The translations under genes and the position numbers were made by a program. From positions 374,001-438,000 of the forward strand of contig NC_045697.1 in the NCBI RefSeq assembly GCF_009834535.1: a DNA stretch of 64,000 nt, in the 5' to 3' direction. Of this stretch, positions 28,401 to 39,000 are shown one piece after another. A model generated the notes under the pieces. It was not told the DNA's origin. It saw only the letters and a program-made list of their open reading frames with translations, and did no database searches. Source of the stretch: Camelus ferus (lineage: Eukaryota). Positions within the stretch are counted from its first letter, which is position 1; each line of letters begins with the position of its first letter.

Positions 28401-31400
28401 CAGCTCTGGGTGGCAGCTGGGAAGCCCAGCCACGTCTGCTGGATGTGTGCCCCCCACCCCCTACCTTGTTGCTAGGCCCTGGCCCCTCCCAGCACCTCCA
28501 TTCCTGACCATGTTTTCACAGTGGGGGGTGGAGGGGAGGAAGGAGATGGGAAAGGAGAGGGCAGCACCTTCCCTGCCCTTTACCTTGATGCTCAGCCCCC
28601 ACCTTGTGGTGGTGAGATGCCACCGCCCACCCCCAGTCTGCGTTTGCCTCGCAACACTCTCCAGGTGCCATCCCTGTATGTAGCCTGTGGCTCAGGGTGA
28701 TCACTGGGCTGGGGCTTCCTGGAGGAGGTGCTCACAGGGAGGGGGCTGAGGCTGGGTGTGGAGGGCCCTGCCCGGGAAGCTGGCTGCCCCTCCCCCATGC
28801 CCTCACTCTGGCCTCAGTTTCCCCCTGGCTGAGTGGCTTGGATGCCCTGTCCAGGTGGAACAGCAGGGCTTGTGTTTCCCAGGCTAAATATAGAGCTGTG
28901 GCAGCCGTGCTGGCGGCTGAAATTCCCAGGAATCTGGGGGGCCAGGCCTCCTGCTGGTGAGGCTGCTGGGGTCTCTGCAGAGGCAGGGGTTGGGGCAGGG
29001 GCCGGGCCTGGCCTGGTATCGGGCAGGCTGCAGCGGGGCAGGGGCCGTGTGCTTTAGGGTGAGGCTGGCTCCAGCTGGGGGCCTCCGGCTGGGCTGCTGC
29101 CTGACCCCCTTACTGCCTGCAGGCCAGCCCTGTCCCTCCTTCACAGTGACCAAGGGTGGCATCCCTGCCACCCAGTAGGTGCCCCCCACTCCTCAGGTTC
29201 TCCTGTCTAGGGGTGAGGAGGGCGAGAGGGTGAGGGGCTGGAGGTGACCCCCCCTGGCATGGTCAGGCTGGTCCTTTCTCCACTGAGAAACTGAGGCAGG
29301 ATCCTTCAGGGGATGGGGGTGTCGGACCAGCCCTCCGCGGTGTCCCCAGGATGCGGTGGGGACAGGCAGAGCCCAGCAGGGAGGCATGCTGTCCTCCCTA
29401 TGTGCCTTCCAGGCTGTTGCGTGTGTCTGTGTGTGTGCATGTGTGAGTCTGTGTGCTTGTGCTTGTCTGTGTGTGAGCCTTGAGCCCAGGTGTCAGCCTG
29501 AGAGGCCCAGGGCCCGGGGCGGGCTGGGGGTGGGGGTGCCCTCTTTGTCCTGCAGCTTGGGAGGCCCCCATGAATGGTGGAATTTCAGGCAGTGACAGGT
29601 GGCGGACAGGGTCTGCCTGGGAATGAGACCAAGACTCGGGGGGCCTCAGGAGGCCCGCTTGTCTGCGGGCCCTGTGGCCCCTCCCTCTGGTGAGCTGGGT
29701 GGGCGCCTGGGGGAGCCTTGCAGGTAAACGAGTTACCAGTGAGAAGCAGCTCTCAGCCCTTCCAGGAGAGCCAGCAAGGCTGGTGACGGGGGGCTGGCTG
29801 GGAGAGCAGAGCCCAGAGTGCCTGCCTAGGGGCTGTGTGGCCAGGCTGGCGCTGCCCAAGTAAAGGCAGGGTGTGGAGGGGAGGTCACAGAGGGAAGGTG
29901 CCCCATGTCCCTATGTCTCTCACAGCCCTGTCCCCTGGAATCAGAGACTCGGCACGCGTCCCCGTCTGGGGCCCTGGAGAAGCTGAGCCCTAGGCTGGCA
30001 GCTCCCTCCATCCGAAGGGGGATGTCCCCCAGCCCGCCCTAGTGCCCCAGACAGAGGTTGTGGGGGCTTGTGCTCTGAGAGCTGCGTGGTGAGAACAGAA
30101 AGCCGCCCCCCATCTCTGGGGGATCCACAGGAGCACTTTGGGCCCCGGTTGCAAAGCGGCAGCAGACCCAGCTGGCAACTGCGTGTTGAAGAAACACCAG
30201 CTGGTTATTAAAAACACATGCTGCCCTCGGGCCCTGCAGCGACAGCATCCCAGAGCAGCCACCGCCTCGGCTCTCCTTGTGGCCAGGATGCGGTTTGCAG
30301 ACCCTCGAGACTGGGGTGGCTGCAGTGAGGGGTTGATGTCTCTTTCAGTGGCTGTGGGTGGGGTCCCAGGAGCCAGGCCCCCATGGCTGCCTCTCCTGAT
30401 CTGAGGGACAGTAAGTAGGTGGGGTGACCTCGTGAGAACCCGGCACCACTCATGGTCATCCTATGGTCCAGAAACTGCAGACCAGTCCAGGCTCAGAGCC
30501 ACGGGCAGGCGGGGCTGAGGGTCGACCAGGAGATAGTTCCACTCCTTTCTGAGGCCTATAGTGTCCTTCCCAACCGGCCAGCCACCTGCTGCCCTCCAGG
30601 CCTGGTCATCCCCACTGTCCCTGCACTTGACCCCAGAAAAAAATGGGGCTGGACACAGGCTGGCAAGTGGGGCTGGGTTTCTTCCTGCTGGTGAAGGGCA
30701 CCATGGCCTCAGCCCCGGCCTCGGGCTTCTCCCATGGGAGACAGTGGTCACCTAGGGCCAGTGTGCCTGGCCGCTTGCCCCCTGACCCCAGGGCTTTCGG
30801 GTCACTCTCCTCCACCTGGTGTGGCCTGGCTGGCAGCAGGGAGGCTCAGGTCTGGGCAGACAGACCTGGGCAGAGGTAGCCCCCACACATAGGCACAGAC
30901 GTGGGCCACCAGACACAGGCCGCCTGTGCCACACTAACCACACACCAGTGCAGTTACACGCGTGTGCACACACAGGCGAACTGGGTGCCTGCAGAGAGGC
31001 AGTGAGGGGATGCCCTCGCTTGGCCGCTCGTGGGGGGCAGGCATCCTGGGTATTCTGGTTCCCGTGCGATGGCATGCAGTGTGCCCTGGGTGAACACCGT
31101 CTGTGGTCTGGGAGGAGGACGGGTGTATATGGGTGGCCTCCTCGGTGGGGACTTGGCAGGGACAGCCTCTCCCCTGGGCTCCTGATGCCCCCACCTGCCT
31201 TGGCCGCGACTCCCAGCCAGTCCCCTCCCCCGACCAAGCCCTCTGACTGCCCTCCAGGCCCCCCAAGGATGGCGGACAAGGTAGTCCCACGGCAGGTGGC
31301 TCGGCTGGGCCGCACCGTTCGGCTGCAGTGCCCTGTGGAGGGGGACCCGCCGCCACTGACCATGTGGACCAAGGATGGCCGGACGGTCCATGGCGGCTGG

Positions 31401-34077
31401 AGCCGCTTCCGAGTGCTGCCACAGGGGCTGAAGGTCAAGGAGGTGGAGCGGGAGGACGCCGGCGCCTACGTGTGCAAGGCCACCAATGGCTTCGGCAGCC
31501 TCAGCGTCAACTACACCCTCATCGTGATGGGTCAGTGCTGGCTGGGGCAGGACTGTGTGGCGCCCAACACACCCCACCCTCATCCTGCCCGAGCCTGGCC
31601 TCCTCTGAGCCCAGGACACCACCCTTTGTGGGCCCCTCCTTGTCAGGCTGCACCTCAGGGGGCCCTTCCTCCTGGGCCCCTCCTCCCCAAAGGTTCTGCT
31701 GACCTGGCGGCCAGGGTGGCTGCGGGGGTGGATGTGGGGGGCCCCAGGTGGTGGTCCCATTGAAGGGCAGACCAGCGGGCCAGGCAGGCTGGCAGCCTTG
31801 ATGTCGGCCATGACTTTGAGGCTCAGGTTTCGGAGTTCAGAGGAGCCGCTGGGAACGAAGGGCCTCTGTTCTCTGCCTCTGGGGTCTGGGCTCGGGGACT
31901 GGGCAGTGCCCCTAGCAACACACCCTCCACTTACTGGTACTAGGCACTGCGCCCAGCTTCCCCCGCCACGGGCTCTGGGTGGGTCCCTTGAGGCAGGCTC
32001 CCTGGCAGCACAAAGGAGGAGCCTGACCCGTGCCCCCCACCACTGGGTTCTTGGGTCGGGGCTCAAAGCCTGGCCTCGGCCTGGGCCGGTGGAGGTGGCG
32101 GCTGTCATGGGGAGGGGGCATTCCTCAGTGTGCCCCACCCCCCGGCCAGGCCCCACAGGCCTTCCCTGGGTTGTGGAATGGGAGTACTGTGGATGTCCAC
32201 CCCCCCGCCACCGTCCTTTCAGAGGGGAGGATGACCAGGCGGTATGCAGGCCATGTCAGTTCACCAGGCCCTCGGCGCCTTGATGTGGGCTAGGGTTACT
32301 GCAGCTGCCGGCTGAGCTGGGCCCCCACCTCCCCCAGGCCCTGCAGACCCCTCGGAGCCAGGGTGGGAGAGCCAGCTCTCCATCCCACCACGCCTGTCGG
32401 GGTCACCTGCACCCAGGGAGTGGACTGGTGGGTGGCTTTCGCCCAGCTGTCTCTGGATTCTGAGATGTGGGTGTGCGCCCACGGCCTCCTGCTGGCGTCT
32501 CTAGAGCTGCCCCAGCCGGGCCTGAGGCTGGGCCTGGGAACCAGCCCCGGGGCTGGGGTGGGGGCTGGGGAGCCATGCCTGGATCTTGGGGCTGCTGAGG
32601 CCCTTCTGATACGCTTTCCACTCTGCAGATGACACCAGCCCAGGAAGGGAGAGTGCGGGGCATGAGGGCTCCCCTGGGGACCAGGAAGACCCAGCCAGCA
32701 AACAGTGGGGTGAGCATGGGGGCAGATGTCACCACTCTCTTTCAGCCAGGTGGGGCCCCTGGTGCCCCCCTGACCTCTCTGCCTCCCCCGCAGCTCGGCC
32801 CCGCTTCACACAGCCCTCCAAGATGAGGCGCCGGGTGATTGCACGGCCCGTGGGCAGCTCCGTGCGGCTCAAGTGCGTCGCCAGCGGGCATCCACGGCCG
32901 GACATCATGTGGATGAAGGATGACCAGGCCTTGACGCGCCCCGAGGCTGGAGAGCACAGGAAGAAGAAGTGGACGCTGAGCCTGAAGAACCTGCGTCCGG
33001 AAGACAGCGGCAAGTATACCTGCCGTGTGTCGAACCGCGCCGGTGCCATCAACGCCACCTACAAGGTGGATGTGATCCGTGAGTGCGGGGGCGGGGGCTG
33101 GGGTGCGGGCGGGCTGGCGCCTGGGGGCCGTGCCCAATGCGTGTCCCTGCGCAGAGCGGACGCGCTCCAAGCCTGTCCTCACGGGCACACATCCAGTGAA
33201 CACGACGGTGGACTTTGGGGGCACAACGTCCTTCCAGTGCAAAGTGCGCAGCGACGTGAAGCCGGTGATCCAGTGGCTGAAACGTGTGGAGTATGGAGCC
33301 GAGGGCCGCTATAACTCCACCATTGATGTGGGCGGCCAGAAGTTCGTGGTGCTGCCCACGGGCGACGTGTGGTCGCGGCCCGACGGCTCCTACCTCAACA
33401 AGCTGCTCATCACTCGCGCCCGCCAGGACGACGCGGGCATGTACATCTGCCTGGGCGCCAACACCATGGGCTACAGCTTCCGCAGCGCCTTCCTCACGGT
33501 GCTTCCTGGTGAGTGGGCCACGCCCTTCCTGCCCCGCCCCGCCTCCGTCCTGGGCTACGCCCGCAGAGCCCTCCAGCCGGCACCCCCAACCGGATCCCTG
33601 GTGATGTTCCCCTCCCCACCCTCTTCTCCTGCAGACCCAAAGCCGCCAGGGCCACCCGTGGCTCCTTCGTCCTCGACCACTAGCCTCCCGTGGCCGGTGG
33701 TCATTGGTATCCCGGCCGGCGCCGTTTTCATCCTGGGCACTGTGCTCCTGTGGCTCTGCCAGGCCAAGAAGAAGCCGTGTGCTCCCACGCCTGCCCCTCC
33801 CGTTCCGGGACACCGTGCACCCGTGACGGCTCGTGACCGCAGCGGGGACAAGGACCTGCCCGCCCCCACCACCCTCAGCGCCACCTCTGGTGTGGGGCTT
33901 TGTGAGGACCTCGGGCCCCCGGCAGCCCCTCAGCATCTGCTGGGCCTGGGCTCAGCTGCTGGCCCCAAGCTTTACCCCAAACTCTACACGGACACGCTCA
34001 CTCACACGCACTCACACACACACTCACATGTGGAGGGCAAGGTCCACCAGCATCAGCACATCCACTACCAGTGCTAG
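22353..34077 (+). CDS. FGFRL1: Fibroblast growth factor receptor-like 1, complete CDS 1518 nt / 505 aa. join(22353-22434,31258-31530,32629-32709,32794-33078,33155-33508,33635-34077)
   Basis: Signal peptide, three Ig domains, acidic linker, TM helix [25 protein letters not shown], no kinase domain, PKLYPKLY motif and His-rich tail ending HIHYQC; all introns GT-AG and phase 1. Confidence 0.98.
22601..22790. repeat. Degenerate minisatellite in FGFRL1 intron 2
   Basis: Recurring ccccagctcac / ctcacccgtggg units at roughly 17-25 bp spacing. Confidence 0.65.
31258..31530 (+). CDS. FGFRL1: FGFRL1 exon 3 (273 nt), Ig1
   Basis: [25 protein letters not shown]...[21 protein letters not shown]; cctccag| and |gtcagt. 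Confidence 0.96.
32629..32709 (+). CDS. FGFRL1: FGFRL1 exon 4 (81 nt), linker [27 protein letters not shown]
   Basis: ctctgcag| and |gtgagc; phase-compatible; EDPASKQW motif. Confidence 0.93.
32794..33078 (+). CDS. FGFRL1: FGFRL1 exon 5 (285 nt), Ig2
   Basis: [28 protein letters not shown]...YKVDVI; ccgcag| and |gtgagt. Confidence 0.96.
33155..33508 (+). CDS. FGFRL1: FGFRL1 exon 6 (354 nt), Ig3
   Basis: [23 protein letters not shown]...SAFLTVLP; gcgcag| and |gtgagt. Confidence 0.96.
33635..34077 (+). CDS. FGFRL1: FGFRL1 exon 7 coding part (TM and intracellular tail)
   Basis: ctcctgcag| acceptor; TM helix; His-rich tail; TAG 34075-34077. Confidence 0.96.
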
Positions 34078-34940
34078 AGGGTGCAGCTTTCCGATGCCCG
34101 CCCACCAGAGCTCCGGGTGCCTGGGATGGGCTGGAGGGGGCCCAGGCTGGGGCGAGAGGGCCACTGAGGGAGATGGACCACAGGTGAGGGTGAGAGGTGC
34201 CCCGTGTGAGGCACACACACACACAGACGCACATACATGCACGACATACCTCTGGACACACACGGAGTCACACACACACACACATACACACACACACACA
34301 CACACTCTCAGACTAAGCAGCCCTTGGGAAGGTCTGTGTTGTAATTTGCAGTGCGCATGTAGCAATGGGCTAGCTCATGAAGGAATCCCTTGGCCCCGTG
34401 GGAAGGATTTCACAGAGGCCATGATCACCCCCCAACCCCGGCCTGGCAGGAGATCTGAGAGGCACCCTGGCTTTGTGAACCAAAAACTCCGACCCCTTCC
34501 CTACGCCTGCCCGCCTGTGTCCCTGCCCCGGCTATTTTTGCCACCACCTGTCCTGGTGTCCAGGAGTCCACCAGTACCCTGGGCAGGGGGGGTCACATGT
34601 AGCAGTCCAGGGCCCTGCCCAGAGAGGCTGGAGCCGGCTGGGGGTGACTCCTGCCCCACCCGGCCTCCCACTGCCAGAGGGAAGGGGCCCTTGATATTTA
34701 TATTTAAGAAATTAAGATAATATTAATAATGATGAGAGGAGGGCGTGGCCACAGAGATTCGGCCTCTCCTGGGGCCCAGGACCCGCCTAACCCTGTGGCC
34801 ACACTGATGTCCACCTGGGACCGGGCACCCATCACCCTACTCCCTGTGGCGGCCCCAGACCTCTGTAATTTTATATAGAGTTTGAGCTGAAGCTTCGTAT
34901 ATTTAATTTATTTTGTTAAACAAGAAAATGTGCATCCTTT
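34078..34940 (+). other. FGFRL1: FGFRL1 3'UTR (end approximate) with a CA-rich tract and two AU-rich blocks
   Basis: Follows the stop codon; AU-rich islands at 34691-34734 and 34864-34930; TG-rich tract downstream. Confidence 0.6.
34211..34306. repeat. Interrupted (CA)n microsatellite in the FGFRL1 3'UTR
   Basis: CA runs at 34212-34225 and 34269-34305. Confidence 0.9.
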
Positions 34941-36008
34941 CCCTCTAAGCTGGTGTGTCTGCCTGTGTCTGTGTGTGTCTGCGTGTGCATGCATGTGTAC
35001 ATGCGTATGTGCCTGTGACCAGACTGGGTTCCAGAATCGGGAGCAGAGGAGGCTCTCAGGAGCCCCATTGCCAGGGCTTAGGCTCCGAGGCTGAGACCTT
35101 GGGTCCCCAGGGCCCGCCATCTGGGCCGCCGAGCAGAAGGAGTCTTCCCCGCGCACCTGCACACCCTCCCGCGCAGGCCAGAGTCCTGCTCACCTGGCCC
35201 TGTGGGTGCCCCTCTACGGGCGTGGCCCCTGCAGCCCTCAGGCCTCTGCTTCTCCCCACCACAACCTGGGGTTAACTGGGCAATGGCTGTATTGTTGCCT
35301 CTACCCAGGTGACCCAGTCTCTGTCCACCTAGGGTGGTACAACCATGGTCTCAGTCTCCAGATGGGGAAACTGAGGCTCTGACCCACTCGGCCAGCACGC
35401 AGGGGTTGGGTTTCCTCTGGCCCAGAGGTTCTGGAGCCTTTTAAGAAAAGTAGTAAGATAAGTGTGCGATTTTAGCAAAGCTCCTGCATGACAGTGTCGG
35501 AAGGTCCAAGGGAGGGGTGAGGCCTTGCTGTGTCCTGAACACTGCCCCAGCCACCGCAGCTTCTTTGTGCTTCAGGAAAGAAGCATGGGCTCCGCCTGAC
35601 CGTCCCACCCAAGAACTGCTGGCCCCCAGATTAAGGTTGAGTGTCTCCTCCACTCCCTCATAATGAGGTGCTGTCCCCTCTGCCTCCGCTAGGCTCCCAG
35701 GGCTGGGTCCACTGTCCCCTCCACCACTAGGGCTCCCATGAATGCAGAACGGGGTCCCCTGTCCTCAACATCCCCCCATCCTCTGGCCTTCCAGGGTGGA
35801 CGCCACTCCTGTCCCCAGGCAGGCAGGGGCTGGCCCTGAGGGAAGCCCCACTGGGGTGTCCTGACTCCATGGGCAGTGACCATGCTCAGAGCAGGGCCAG
35901 TGGCCTCCAGATGATGGAGGCCACCGACAGGGGACACCGTGGGAGATCTGGACCCTGGCTGGCTGTGGAGAGCCCTCCTGCAGTGGCCTAGGGAGTGGTG
36001 CCTGTATC

Positions 36009-36013
36009 TGCAT

Positions 36014-36047
<34 letters not shown>
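36009..36047. repeat. (TG)n(CG)n alternating purine-pyrimidine tract
   Basis: tgcatgtgtg...tgtgcgcgcgcgcacgc, uninterrupted alternation. Confidence 0.9.
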
Positions 36048-39000
36048 TTGTGGACGTGCGTGTGTGCACGCCTGGATACCAAGGGGCTGCAGGCGGCCCA
36101 CAGCTGGTGACCGAACAGATGTTCCCCAGACAAGACAGGCTGCAGCCCATGTCTGGTTGGGTTTCAGTTTGAGGGGGGAGGGGTGCAGAGAGGGGGAACC
36201 TTGAGTGGAGGGGAGGCCTCAGGCAGTGGGCCATCTTCAGGTCATAGGAGATGAACTGCTCCCTCCCCAGGGCACAGGCATAGGGGTGGGCACCCTTGAG
36301 GGTACAGTCCGCAAGAACCTCAAAGGGGACTCTGGGACTCCCAACCTTGTACCCTTCTTGGCCTGAGGTCCAGTGCTGTCCACGTGGGCTCACGTGGGGA
36401 CATTCATCCTCTGCCCCAGGGAAGTCTGGAGGGCTAATGACCTGCCCACCCCCAGGACCACTCTCTCAGCTGGACAGGCGTACAGGGCCGGGGATCGCAG
36501 TTCTGAGACCTGCAGCCCTGGGCCCATCCCCCAGCACCCTTTCAGGAGGGAGGGGTTCTGATGGGATGGTCATTCTACAGCTATAGTAGGGCCCTGGGCA
36601 GGGCAGGGGGACCCTGTGGAAGACAAGCAGACCTACCCTCGTCCGGCTGTCCCCACCCCTCACCAGCCCTAGCCCCCATTACTGGCCCGCTACACCCTGG
36701 AGCTCAGAGACCTTAGCCAAGCCGCCTCCCACAGTACAGCTTCCTGCCCTGGGAGTATGGGGGTAGGAGGGCAACCTGGGTGGGTCTCAAAGGCTTCCTG
36801 GAGGGTGGACCATGTCCTCCCTGTTCCCCCTGAGGCTTCCAGACCCTTCTCCCCCAGCCTCCCGGTCTGCAGCAGCAGGTCCCCTCCTGTGTCTCCCTGG
36901 TCTGTCTCCAGCTGACCCTTCCAAGACTCCTGTGTGATTTTAGTGCCCACTGGATGCCCCCCAACCTCAGCTCCTATCCCCACGACTGCAGGGTCCCCAG
37001 ACTGCAGAGGGGCACACAGGTCATCCTGCCTCCTGCACCTGGGCTGGAAGTTCCCACCACCCCGCTGTGGGGGCTGGGGCCGCAGGGCAGAAGGGTGTGT
37101 CCTCACCATGCTGCGCGTTGGCAGGGTGTCTAAAAGATGGGGCACCCTGCACCCTAGCCTTGCAGGCCCAAGGCTCCCAGGGCCGGCCTCGCCGTGCGAA
37201 GTCTGCCCAGCAGACTGCTCACTGGCCTGCCAACTGATCAGCCCCTTTGCCCAACCCCCATCTGACCAGGCCTTCTGTCCCCCTGGTGCCCCGCCCCTTT
37301 GGGGGGCTCCCAGGCCACCCACAGAGGAAAGCCCACTCACAGAGGAGGCAGGGACTTGAGGGTAGGGCCGAGGGGAGCGTGAGTGGGCGGGGCCAGGTGG
37401 CAGGTGGGGCCAAGGGGAGGGTCCATGGGCGCAGAAGGGCCAGGGGGACCCAGAGCCCCACCAGGGAGGGGCACATGGTCAGGGCCACGACTCCTGGGCT
37501 CTGAGAGGCCAGGCCCCCGGCTTCCCCTGCCCCTCCGTGGTTGCCCCTTCACAGACACCAAAGCCAGGCCCTGATGTGCCCTTGGCCACAGGCACAAAGA
37601 CCAGTGAGCAGCCACCAATGCTATGGTGACCCCCCTACAGGAGCACAGCTGCCTCCAGGCCCCAGCTCTGGGGCTTCCCTAGTGAGGGGGGAGTGGGGCC
37701 TGGACCCTTTTCTAGGGGCTCTGGGTCCTGAGGTAGAGGAAGGGAATCAGCTGCACTCTCGAAGTGACCCCAAGGCCAGGGTCTGAGGGCCATCTGGGGA
37801 GGAGGCTCCCGATGTCCACGGTAGGGGAGCCTGGAGCTGGGTAAGGGGGGGCGCTGGGAGGGTGGAGCCCCAGGTGCTGAGCCTGGCCAGCACCTCCCCT
37901 GATCCCTTTCTGGGCGCTGATAGCTGGTTCCCTTGAAGCTCGGCAAACTTGAAAGGGCAGCCCGGGCTCTGCCACCCTCAGTGTGACTGCTCCCCTCTCA
38001 CCCCCGCCTCTGCTGCCCAGCCCTCCTGGCTTCAAAGGGGCAGCGACAGTCTTCTGCAGCTGTCCCAGAGCGGGGGGGGGGGGGGCCTGCGGCTGATGTC
38101 CAGGGATCGGGCAGGACCACAGAGCCTGAAGATGAGGGGGACATGGGCCAGCCCCACCCCCACGGGCCTTGGGTCGGGAGGGCCTGGAGGGAGATCAGAG
38201 CTTTGTCCTGGGGCCAGGACTGGGGACCTGGTACAGGAACGCAGGATGTAAGACACAGGAAAGGGGACAGGCACATGGGACATGCAGTCGGGACTCAGGA
38301 GGGAGACACCCTACACAGCACAGATTCAACCTGGGACTCAGGGCCTGGGGTCGGGGACCTGCAGGCACTGGCCGGGCTGCACAGGGCTTGCAGGGGCCTG
38401 GACCTGCCGCTGCAGAAGCTGGGGTGGGATGGAGGGGCTGGCACTGAGGGGCTGAGAGGCCAGCATCCCTAGCTGCCCTTGCCTGGACCCAGGGCACAGG
38501 CTGGGCTACACTGGGACCGGTGGGCTTGTGGGAGGGGCTGCTCGGGGTGGGCACAGGGATGAGGACTCCCCCAGGGCCAAGCCTGTGGGAGGTGTCAGGC
38601 CCCTGGGGTAGGCTGGGCTGGTCTACAGGGAAGCAGCCCCCATGCCTGGCACCAGCACCTGGTGTGTCCCAGAGACCCTGCTGTGTCTGGTGGGCAGGGG
38701 CCAAGGCTGCTAATCAGGTGGAGGAGTGGGGCAGGGCAGGGCCTGGCGGCTGGGGGCTCCCTCCGTGCCCGGTGCTGACCATACCCGGTGCCCGTTCTCC
38801 TCAGCTGCCCAGGCCTGGGGGGCCAGCCAGTCACTGGGGGACAGTGTGAAGGTCCATGCAGCCAACCCCCATCCTGTCGGCCCCGCCCAGGGCCTCCCCC
38901 ACCTCCACGCCTGCCCCGCTGAGCTCTTTTCAGTCCTGCCTTGGGTCAGAGGCCTCCACCACCCTGACACGCCCACCCCAGGCACCCTGACCTCTGCACT

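Noticed and set aside
30954..33936. Long antisense ORFs over FGFRL1 exons
   Set aside because: Shadow ORFs caused by the high GC3 of the sense coding sequence.
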